Below, piece after piece: positions 1-7,218 of a stretch of 27,312 nucleotides of DNA; position 1 is the stretch's first letter, and each line of letters opens with the position of its first letter. Where the stretch lies: assembly GCA_038727095.1 (NCBI GenBank), contig JAVYWK010000025.1, positions 1 to 27,312 of the forward strand, read 5' to 3'. The notes under the pieces were generated by a model. That model searched no databases. It was given only the letters and a program-made list of their open reading frames with translations, and was not told the origin of the DNA. A program made the translations under genes and the position numbers. This DNA is from Thermofilaceae archaeon. Lineage in GTDB: Archaea; Thermoproteota; Thermoprotei; Thermofilales; Thermofilaceae.

Positions 1-375
1 GCTGAGGGTCTGACGATAGCCGTTGTGATGAATGTCCCCAGCCAGAAGCTGGGGAGGAAGGATATCGTGAAGGTCGAGGGGGTCACATTGAGGCGGGATC
101 AAGTCAGTAAGATCGCGTTGATAGCTCCCAGCGCGACGATCAATATAATCAGGAACTATGACGTAATCGAGAAAGTAAAAGTGAGCGTACCGCCGCTCGT
201 CGAGGGCCTCCTAAGGTGCGTTAATCCGAACTGTATCACAAACCAGCCGAACGAACCTGTCACATCCAAGTTCAGAGTTTTAACCATCAGGCCGCTCAGG
301 CTCCGCTGCGAGTACTGCGGTGCCGAGCTGAACCACAACGACGTGGTAGCGCAACTAGCAGGGGGGACTAAGTGA
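1..375 (+). CDS. pyrI: Aspartate carbamoyltransferase regulatory chain (5'-truncated at window edge)
   Basis: Frame is open from base 1 (AEGLTIAVVMNVPSQKLGRKDIVKVEG). PyrI motifs NVPSxKLGxKDIVK and APxATINII, plus C-terminal Zn site CVNPNCIT...CEYC. Confidence 0.95.
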   Translation, partial: AEGLTIAVVMNVPSQKLGRKDIVKVEGVTLRRDQVSKIALIAPSATINIIRNYDVIEKVKVSVPPLVEGLLRCVNPNCITNQPNEPVTSKFRVLTIRPLRLRCEYCGAELNHNDVVAQLAGGTK

Positions 376-695
376 GCCGGAGGGAGAGGATAATCGAGAT
401 CCTCTCGTCAACGGATCAGCCACTGGACATCAACCAGATAGCAGCTCTACTCGGTCTGAGCCCGCGTGAGGCAAGGTCGATTTACGAGGATTTGGAGCAC
501 GTGGCGAAAAGCCTTCGAACGAGCGGCAAAGTGCTTCTGATGGTACCACCAACTTGTAAAACATGTGGGTACGTCTTCAAAGACCTTGATAGGCCGAAGA
601 GGCCCTCCAGGTGCCCGAGGTGCAGGAGCGAAAGGATTTCAAGCCCCCTCTTCATAATACAGCCCAAGGATGGTAGCGGGCACGGTAGGTCTTGA
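372..695 (+). CDS. HTH + Zn-ribbon transcriptional regulator (archaeal COG3357-like)
   Basis: N-terminal RRERIIEIL HTH, EDLEHVAKSL, and CKTCGYVF...PSRCPRCRSERI Zn ribbon. GTGA overlap with the pyrI stop. Confidence 0.85.
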   Translation: MSRRERIIEILSSTDQPLDINQIAALLGLSPREARSIYEDLEHVAKSLRTSGKVLLMVPPTCKTCGYVFKDLDRPKRPSRCPRCRSERISSPLFIIQPKDGSGHGRS

Positions 696-1470
696 GTTGA
701 AGAGCGAGCTACCATGGCTGAAGCTGGATGACGGAGTGTGGGCCGTTGGGCTCGGCTTATACTTAGAGGATATTGACACTCTCGTTGTAGCCGACCTGCA
801 TCTGGGGTACGAGCAGGCGCTAGAGGAGTCGGGAGTCTTCATCCCCCCAGTTCAATTCAGGTTCATTGCATCATTCATACTAGAAGCCCTCCAGGAGACC
901 GGCAGTCGACGTCTGTTGATGCTGGGCGACGTTAAGCACGAGTTCGGTAGCGCCCTGAAACAGGAGTGGGGTGAGACTATCGAGCTGCTCTCGAGGTTGA
1001 AGGAGAAGGGGGTGGAGGTCGGCGTTGTAAGGGGCAACCACGACAACTTCCTGATACCGATGCTGAAGCGTCTCGAAGTACCGCTCTACGACCCCCACTT
1101 GAGGCTTGGCAGGTACCTGTTTATGCACGGTCATAAGGAGCTGCCCATAGATGCCTGGGGTGGTGTCGAGTACGTTGTAATCGGTCACGAACACCCGGCT
1201 GTGCTTCTCCGTGACGAGCTCGGAGTAAGCATGAAGTTGAAGAGTTTCCTAGTTGGCGCGTTTGAGGGGGCTAGGCTAATCGTTTTGCCTGCTCTCTCGC
1301 CTTTGATGCCGGGGACGGAAGTCAATGCCCCACGCGTGAGGTACCTCTCACCTATACTTGAGCGCGCGGATGTCAAATCCATGCGAGTGTACGCGGTTGA
1401 TCTTGAGAGCGGAATCTATGATTTCGGCACCGTAGAGCTGCTCAGCAAGGCTCTCTTCATGAGTGGATAG
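670..1470 (+). CDS. Calcineurin-like metallophosphoesterase (archaeal ICC-like, COG1407-type)
   Basis: Motifs ADLHLG, GDVKH, GNHD, HGH and GHEHP in canonical order. The exact start is uncertain. Confidence 0.9.
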   Translation: MVAGTVGLELKSELPWLKLDDGVWAVGLGLYLEDIDTLVVADLHLGYEQALEESGVFIPPVQFRFIASFILEALQETGSRRLLMLGDVKHEFGSALKQEWGETIELLSRLKEKGVEVGVVRGNHDNFLIPMLKRLEVPLYDPHLRLGRYLFMHGHKELPIDAWGGVEYVVIGHEHPAVLLRDELGVSMKLKSFLVGAFEGARLIVLPALSPLMPGTEVNAPRVRYLSPILERADVKSMRVYAVDLESGIYDFGTVELLSKALFMSG

Positions 1471-1472
1471 CG

Positions 1473-2084
1473 TTAGCCGCGTTGATCCGAACTCTCGATT
1501 ATCATGCGCTCGTAATCCTGAAGCGGGATTTCCACAGTCTGGTCGCAGTTCTCGCACTTGAAAACTATAGTTGAGGGAGTAAAACGTATGACTCTCCTGA
1601 GCTTCCTGCCGCAGAAGCAAATGAAACCCCTTAAACGGGCTGGGTTACCGTAAACTAGTCCGTGCGCCGGAACATCGCGAGTAACAACAGCTCCCGCACC
1701 CACCATGGCGTACTTACCTATTCGAACTCCGCACACGATGGTAGCGTTCGCGCCTATGGAAGCTCCCTCCTCTATCACTGTGGGAACTATTTCCCAGCTA
1801 TCAACGAACGATCTGGGATAACGGTCGTTGGTTAACGTGGCGCTGGGGCCGAGGAACGCTTTGTCGCAGACTTTCACTCCGCGATAGACGGAAACGAAGT
1901 TCTGGACTTTAACGCCATCCCCCAACTCTGCACCTGCATCTATGTAAACGTCTTTACCGATGTTGCAGCCTTTCCCCACCTTCGCACCCTTCCTCACGTG
2001 AACGAAGTGCCAGATGCGAGTTCCTTCAGCAATTTCAGCCCCCTCCTCAACGATGGCGGATGGATGTACGTAAACTCCAGCCAC
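1473..2084 (-). CDS. Hexapeptide-repeat (LbH) N-acetyltransferase, WbpD/WxcM-like, with C-terminal Zn ribbon
   Basis: VHPSAIVE, IWHF, TNDRYPRS, GANATIVCG and GNPAR motifs, then CFCG...CENC. Start GTG overlaps the yhbY stop (TAGTG). Confidence 0.88.
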   Translation of the reverse strand: MAGVYVHPSAIVEEGAEIAEGTRIWHFVHVRKGAKVGKGCNIGKDVYIDAGAELGDGVKVQNFVSVYRGVKVCDKAFLGPSATLTNDRYPRSFVDSWEIVPTVIEEGASIGANATIVCGVRIGKYAMVGAGAVVTRDVPAHGLVYGNPARLRGFICFCGRKLRRVIRFTPSTIVFKCENCDQTVEIPLQDYERMIIESSDQRG

Positions 2085-2359
2085 TAGAACCCCCTCGTCC
2101 GGCGAGACCTCCGTCTCGGCCGTTTTAAAACGACTGTGTAACCTCTGAGCTCAACGATCGTAGCATTAAGTTTCTTGGCTAATGCGTTGGCTAACTCCTC
2201 CTTAACCTCCCTATCAACTTCGAACGTCTCTCTGAAGTTTTTCAGCAGTTTAACCTTAACGATACCCTGCGAGCGCAAGACGTTGTCGATCTCGGCGATC
2301 AACTCGTCCGTCACCCCCCTCTTTCCCACCCTGACCACTACAATGTCTTTGTCGCTCAC
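2084..2359 (-). CDS. yhbY: CRM-domain (YhbY/CRS1) RNA-binding protein
   Basis: VRVGKRGVT..LIAEID..L....IVKVKLL..GYTVVL CRM signature. Start moved from 2422 (which overlaps ttuA) to GTG 2359, about 25 bp from the TATA at 2383-2388. Confidence 0.88.
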   Translation of the reverse strand: MSDKDIVVVRVGKRGVTDELIAEIDNVLRSQGIVKVKLLKNFRETFEVDREVKEELANALAKKLNATIVELRGYTVVLKRPRRRSRRTRGF

Positions 2360-2380
2360 GAGTGCACGTATTAGTGGGTT

Positions 2381-2390
2381 GCTTATAAGC
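2381..2390. promoter_or_regulatory. Palindromic TATA box (GCTTATAAGC) between divergent yhbY and ttuA
   Basis: Perfect 10-bp palindrome with TTATAA core, centred about 27 bp from both GTG starts (2359 and 2413). Confidence 0.65.
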
Positions 2391-2412
2391 TGGTACGCTG
2401 GGCTCGGCTGAG

Positions 2413-3369
2413 GTGGGGGCACGCTTGAAGGTGGAGCCCAGCGCGACGAGGTGCTCGGTTTGCGGGGCTAAAGCTATCACGAGATTGAGCTACGCGAAGC
2501 TGTATCTGTGCTCTGATCACTTCCTCCACTTCTTCGAGAGCAGAGTTCTCGGGAGCATCCAGGCGATGGGAATGTTCCAACGCGGTGAGCGGGTGGCAGT
2601 CGCAGTCTCCGGTGGAAAGGATAGTCTCTCTCTCCTACACTTCCTCTCGAAGTTCAAGGATCTCCTCGGTATCGATCTTATCGCTGTGTTAGTTGACGAG
2701 GGGATTCGCGGTTACCGGGGTGAGAAGACTGCGGCAGCCAGGTTCTATGCCAGGCTATGGGGGGTTGAGCTGGTCGTGAAAAGCTTCGAGGAGGAGTTCG
2801 GTTTGACGCTTGACGAAGCAGTGCGCAGGTTGATGCACAAGGGCTTGATCTACAAGCCGTGCACCGTATGTGGGGTCTTTAGGCGCTACCTCCTGAATAA
2901 GGCTTGCCTCGAGCTCAGCGCAGACAAATTGGCTACTGCGCATAACCTGGACGACGAAGTTCAAGCTTTTCTAATGAATGCTGTACAGGCAAACTACCAG
3001 GCAATTCTAAGAGAGGATGCGGTGGCACCAAGGACGCACCCGCTGCTCGTGCCACGCGTTAAACCGTTCTATTTCGTCCCGGAGAGGGAGGTCCTCATAT
3101 ACGCTCTGATCCAGAAGATAGAAACCCCTGATGTAGAGTGCCCTTACATAGTGTACTCGTTCCGGCACACGCTACGCAGATGGTTAAACAGGGTGGCTGA
3201 AGAAGATCCCGGCGTAAAACACCGCGCATTATCCCTCAAAATCGCGTTGAGTAAGAGGTACCAACTAGAAGCTTCGGAAGAGCTAAAGATGTGCAAGCTT
3301 TGCGGGATGCCTTCGTCACGTGACATTTGCAAAGCATGCCAACTTAGGGAGTACCTTTCGCGCCCCTAG
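2413..3369 (+). CDS. ttuA: tRNA 2-thiolation protein, TtuA/Ncs6 (TIGR00269-like) PP-loop ATPase
   Basis: N-terminal CSVC...CSDHF Zn finger, PP-loop SGGKDS, CTVC, HNLDD, CPY, and C-terminal CKLC...CKAC. Confidence 0.88.
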   Translation: MGARLKVEPSATRCSVCGAKAITRLSYAKLYLCSDHFLHFFESRVLGSIQAMGMFQRGERVAVAVSGGKDSLSLLHFLSKFKDLLGIDLIAVLVDEGIRGYRGEKTAAARFYARLWGVELVVKSFEEEFGLTLDEAVRRLMHKGLIYKPCTVCGVFRRYLLNKACLELSADKLATAHNLDDEVQAFLMNAVQANYQAILREDAVAPRTHPLLVPRVKPFYFVPEREVLIYALIQKIETPDVECPYIVYSFRHTLRRWLNRVAEEDPGVKHRALSLKIALSKRYQLEASEELKMCKLCGMPSSRDICKACQLREYLSRP

Positions 3370-3405
3370 ACGGTAATCCATTTTTACCTCTAGCCATCAA
3401 TCATT

Positions 3406-3798
3406 ATGAGGAACATGTTCATACCCAGGTACCTTTTGAGGCAGCTCTACGTCAGAGGCAGTTTAGAGAACGTAGATCTTAACGGAGATGGCATACCGGA
3501 CGGGGTGCGCTTTAAGCTGCGAAACACGTTAGGGGGCGGCACGGTGAGAGGTAGGTTGCGCGCGAAAGTTGACAACATTGAAGTACCTACCGATAAGATA
3601 ATGCTCGAGTTCAAAGGATGGAAGCTTAAGGCTTCTGAGGCTGCCGATAAGAGCTTCTACGTTGCTGTCGGCGACGAGATAATCATCACGCTTGAGCTCG
3701 GGAAAGGCCTAGAGCCCGGCGAGCACAAGGTGGAGTTGGAGCTCGATACACAGGAGTTGGGCCCCGTGGGCTTCGACTTCACAGACACTATAAAGTAA
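3406..3798 (+). CDS. Conserved hypothetical beta-rich protein with a DxNxDG loop
   Basis: Clean ORF with host-like codon use filling the gap. Contains LRQLYVRGSLEN...GVRFKLRN and DLNGDGIPD. Start is 3406 or 3415. Confidence 0.75.
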   Translation: MRNMFIPRYLLRQLYVRGSLENVDLNGDGIPDGVRFKLRNTLGGGTVRGRLRAKVDNIEVPTDKIMLEFKGWKLKASEAADKSFYVAVGDEIIITLELGKGLEPGEHKVELELDTQELGPVGFDFTDTIK

Positions 3799-4579
3799 AA
3801 GCGAAAGTCGCAAGAGATACCACACTTTCGGTCAGGAGATTGACGATCTCATTTTTCATAAATTTTATGCCCCCAGATCTGACGGTGCGAGTACCGCATA
3901 CGTGTACCTCTTTATCAGTAAGCACGTTGCACTGGGGGCACTTATACTTGATTTGCAGCGAGGCGCCGATTACGGCATCAACGATCTCCCCAGCCCATCC
4001 CATCGCGAAAATCAGAAGAATGCTTATTGAGTTAGAAATCTTCAGCAAGCCTGCAGCTAGGGCAATTACTGCTGAACCTGCAATCGCACCAAGTTCTCCC
4101 TGCGCAGTTACGCCTCCAGAAACCCCATGAGGTACTTTTATGCGTGGATTTGTGATGAGCACTGGTTGACTTCTACTCAACGAACCGATTTCAGCGGCCC
4201 ACGTATCGGCGTTAGCATAAGCGATGGACGCGGCAGCTGCTAAAACCAGAGCCTGCCTACCGCCGGGTGGCAACATAGACGTCACGAGCGCGAGAAACGC
4301 TGGGACGGAGCCGCTGCATAGCACTTGCGACGCGCTTCTGCCAGCCTTTCTTTCAGCGGCACCAGTCTTCTCCTTTCTCTCGTATCCAAGGAAAGTGAAC
4401 GCCGACGAAGTGAAGAAGAAGAGCATCATGAGAAACAGAAGCTTCGCCTCAAAAGCCAGGAGAATGAACGCGATCATAAGAGCCGCGATTATACCCAGAT
4501 TATCAAGCGCCCTATGCTTCTTTGCGATAACCACCGCCGTGACCGTTAAAGTGGCACCAGCAATTTGCTCCAGTTGCAA
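3788..4579 (-). CDS. DUF92 / TMEM19 / VTE6-family integral membrane protein
   Basis: Multiple TM helices, R...QVL, ADTWAAEIG, GVSGGVT..G, D..IGA.LQ, N..VN, and C-terminal CPQC...HVCG. Confidence 0.88.
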   Translation of the reverse strand: MQLEQIAGATLTVTAVVIAKKHRALDNLGIIAALMIAFILLAFEAKLLFLMMLFFFTSSAFTFLGYERKEKTGAAERKAGRSASQVLCSGSVPAFLALVTSMLPPGGRQALVLAAAASIAYANADTWAAEIGSLSRSQPVLITNPRIKVPHGVSGGVTAQGELGAIAGSAVIALAAGLLKISNSISILLIFAMGWAGEIVDAVIGASLQIKYKCPQCNVLTDKEVHVCGTRTVRSGGIKFMKNEIVNLLTESVVSLATFAFTL

Positions 4580-4684
4580 AGTATCACCAGACCCACCCCT
4601 TTACAAGGCCTTTTAAGAACCTCTTTTCATGCCTTTACAACAATGCGTTTTTTAATGGGTGCTGAGAGAGTCTCGCAGACAATC

Positions 4685-5386
4685 ATGCCAGTTGAGTATG
4701 ACGCCGAGCTGGTGAACGAACTTCGGCAGGCGCTAAGCGGGTTGATCATTCCGGTTAAGCTACTGTTCTTCCGAAATACAAGGGAGGAGTGTGAACATTG
4801 CGACGATATAAGGGAGATCTTAAGTCTTCTAGAAAAAGCTTCCGATAAAATTAAGGTCGTGGAGCTGACAGAAAACTCTGAAGAAGCTACACGTCTGGAG
4901 ATCTCCTTGTTCCCAGCTATCGTAGTTCATGGAGTCGAAGAGTACAACATTCGCTTCTTTGGTATGCCGGCTGGCTACGAGTTTGGAGCCCTCGTTGAGG
5001 ACGTTATCGATGCATCGAGAGGTGAGCCGAGAAACCTTTCTCCTCAGCTAGCTAACGCGATTCGAAAGTACGTTACGCGCAAGACCCGGATAAAGGTGTT
5101 TGTGACTCCTACGTGCCCCTACTGTCCTGCAGCTGTACGAGCGGCTCACCGCTACGCGATGGTGAACCGCATGATTTACGGAGACATGATTGAAGCACTC
5201 GAGTTCGCTGGGCTAGCAGATGAGTACAGAGTTTACGCAGTCCCTAAAGTCGTCATCGAAGTCGATGGGGAGGATAAAAGCGAGTTTGAAGGGGCAGCTC
5301 CCGACAGCTACTTCGTAGCGGAAATCCTGAAAGCGAACGGCATCGATCCGGAGGTGGCGGGTCTCAAGGTGATGAGATACCGCTAG
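4685..5386 (+). CDS. Protein-disulfide oxidoreductase (PDO, two thioredoxin folds)
   Basis: CEHC and CPYC active sites, RFFGMPAGYEF, VPK cis-Pro loop and FEGA. Start reassigned to ATG 4685 downstream of T/A-rich 4648-4655, because the 4565 start overlaps DUF92. Confidence 0.9.
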   Translation: MPVEYDAELVNELRQALSGLIIPVKLLFFRNTREECEHCDDIREILSLLEKASDKIKVVELTENSEEATRLEISLFPAIVVHGVEEYNIRFFGMPAGYEFGALVEDVIDASRGEPRNLSPQLANAIRKYVTRKTRIKVFVTPTCPYCPAAVRAAHRYAMVNRMIYGDMIEALEFAGLADEYRVYAVPKVVIEVDGEDKSEFEGAAPDSYFVAEILKANGIDPEVAGLKVMRYR

Positions 5387-5401
5387 ACCGGTGCTGAAGT
5401 A

Positions 5402-5926
5402 ATGAGTGAGGGCGTAGAACCGATACACGCTTACGGATTCTTTTCGGTTAGCGAAAGCTTGGAAGTGAACCAGATCGTGGTCTACGAGTACATCGATTAC
5501 AGCCGGTATTACGCTGGCGTCGCTAGGGATATCGACCGTTTAAACGCGGAACTTGAAAGACTAGCGGCCAACATGCAACACTACTTAGATAGAGAGGAGG
5601 TGGTGATCAATGGTGATCGACTTCGCCCTAAAGTGGTTGGCGTCAACCTAGGTTTTCGAGGCGATCCTGAGGAGCCTTACTTGGTTTTCTTTATCCGTTT
5701 TCGCGGCCGACCGCGGAGGGGTTTGAACTATTATGAAAATATTTATGAAGAAAAAGTAGCAGAGTATCCCTATGAAGCTTATTGGTTCTTTCCACCTAAT
5801 GCTAAAGTAGAGGAGGTAGAATGCGCTGGTGTTTCCGAGGTAATTGGTGGTCAAATAGTGATAATGAAAGTGGAAGAAGGGGAGAAAATAACTGGGTATG
5901 AGAAAATAGTCTTCAGACTATTTTAA
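5402..5926 (+). CDS. Hypothetical protein
   Basis: 174-aa ATG ORF 15 bp after PDO, probably co-transcribed. No motif recognised. Confidence 0.8.
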   Translation: MSEGVEPIHAYGFFSVSESLEVNQIVVYEYIDYSRYYAGVARDIDRLNAELERLAANMQHYLDREEVVINGDRLRPKVVGVNLGFRGDPEEPYLVFFIRFRGRPRRGLNYYENIYEEKVAEYPYEAYWFFPPNAKVEEVECAGVSEVIGGQIVIMKVEEGEKITGYEKIVFRLF

Positions 5927-6087
5927 AAAGTTTACTTTAATGGTTACTATTTAGAAATTGCATTGTTATGTTATATCATATTATGATTAGTGTTAAGATC
6001 TTAAGATAATTGGCAAAAGTTAGGGTTAGAGTCAATTCGGATAGGTTCGGATAATATTTGGGAGAACAACTTGTTGAAAACACAGTC

Positions 6088-6094
6088 TTTATAA
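6088..6094 (+). promoter_or_regulatory. TATA box (TTTATAA) for the chlI/chlD-like gene
   Basis: About 27 bp upstream of GTG 6121 (leaderless spacing), embedded in the imperfect inverted repeat ACAGTCTT-TAT-AAGGCTGT (6082-6100). Confidence 0.65.
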
Positions 6095-6120
6095 GGCTGT
6101 AGTGTATTTCTACGCCTGTA

Positions 6121-7218
6121 GTGAGGATACTGCCGTTTCCAGCGTATGTGGGGCTAGATGATCTGAAAAGGGGGCTCCTAGCCCTCGCTGTTGATCCGAG
6201 CATAGGTGGTTTACTGATAATGGGTCCCAAGGGGACGGGAAAATCGAGTATAGTTAGAAGCTTCGCTAGGTTGCTGCCTTCAACAAGAGTTGTTTCGGAC
6301 TGTCCCTTTAGGTGCGAGCCCGATTCTCTGAGAGAGATGTGTGATATCTGCAAGTTGAGACTCGAGCGTGGAGAGGAGCTTCCAGTAGCGGAAACTCCGA
6401 TGCCAATCGTAGAGCTACCGATAGGGGCTACGGAGGACGTAGTTCTCGGGACGATAAACATCGAGCGAACGCTGAAAGAGGGAAGAATAGTGTTTGAGCC
6501 GGGTCTATTGGGAAGAGCAAATAGAGGTATCCTGTATATCGATGAAGTCAACCTCCTTCCCGATCACATTGTTGACTCTATCCTTGATGCTGCTGCCTCC
6601 GGTTGGCACACGGTAGCGCGAGAGGGGATTACGCTGCGCCACCCTGCTCGTTTTATCCTTATCGGAACGATGAACCCCGAGGAGGGTGAACTAAGGCCGC
6701 AGCTGCTCGATCGTTTCGCTATCGGTGTTCGAGCAGAGACGGTCAAAGATTCTAAACTGAGGGCCGAGATCATCAGGAGGAACATAGAGTTCGATAGCGA
6801 CCCAGCAGCGTTCGAAGAGAAATGGAGGCCGATCGAGGAGGAGATCAGGTTTCGAATTCTTAGGGCTCGAGAACTTTTACCTTATGTAAGCGTTGATGAC
6901 CTATACTACGAGCTCGTAGCTAAAGTTTGCACAAGGTTAGAGGTCGATGGTTACAGGCCGGACATCGTCACTGTGAAAGTTGCAAGGGCTCTCGCTGCCC
7001 TCGACGGCAGAACGCAGGTGAGCGAGGAGGATCTGCGCATAGGTCTGGAGCTTGCGTTAAGCCATAGGACGAGAGCTGAGGGATTAAAGCCTCCACCTGC
7101 GAAAGAGGAGATTTACGCAGCATTCAGCGAAGCATTGGGCAAGAAGCCCACGGTGCAAAGAGAGGACGGTCTCGAGAAGAAACCTCAAGTAAGGTTTTTT
7201 CCCCGATGGGCGTATTAG
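6121..7218 (+). CDS. ChlI/BchI-like (Mg/Co-chelatase small subunit type) AAA+ ATPase; N-terminal part of a probable frameshifted chlD-like gene
   Basis: PFPAYVG, Walker A GPKGTGKS, LPIGATED, PGLLGRANRGILYIDEVNLL (Walker B), and GTMNPEEGELRPQLLDRF. Confidence 0.92.
   Translation: MRILPFPAYVGLDDLKRGLLALAVDPSIGGLLIMGPKGTGKSSIVRSFARLLPSTRVVSDCPFRCEPDSLREMCDICKLRLERGEELPVAETPMPIVELPIGATEDVVLGTINIERTLKEGRIVFEPGLLGRANRGILYIDEVNLLPDHIVDSILDAAASGWHTVAREGITLRHPARFILIGTMNPEEGELRPQLLDRFAIGVRAETVKDSKLRAEIIRRNIEFDSDPAAFEEKWRPIEEEIRFRILRARELLPYVSVDDLYYELVAKVCTRLEVDGYRPDIVTVKVARALAALDGRTQVSEEDLRIGLELALSHRTRAEGLKPPPAKEEIYAAFSEALGKKPTVQREDGLEKKPQVRFFPRWAY

Noticed and set aside
1473-2084. Zn-ribbon tail on the LbH acetyltransferase as a novel fusion
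   Set aside because: A C-terminal CxC...CxxC tail is common in WbpD-like acetyltransferases.
2360-2422. N-terminal extension of yhbY in the ORF track
   Set aside because: It overlaps the ttuA start and runs through the TATA box; the CRM domain begins after 2359.
4565-4684. N-terminal extension of PDO in the ORF track
   Set aside because: It overlaps the divergent DUF92 start and promoter-like AT tracts, and is not PDO-like.
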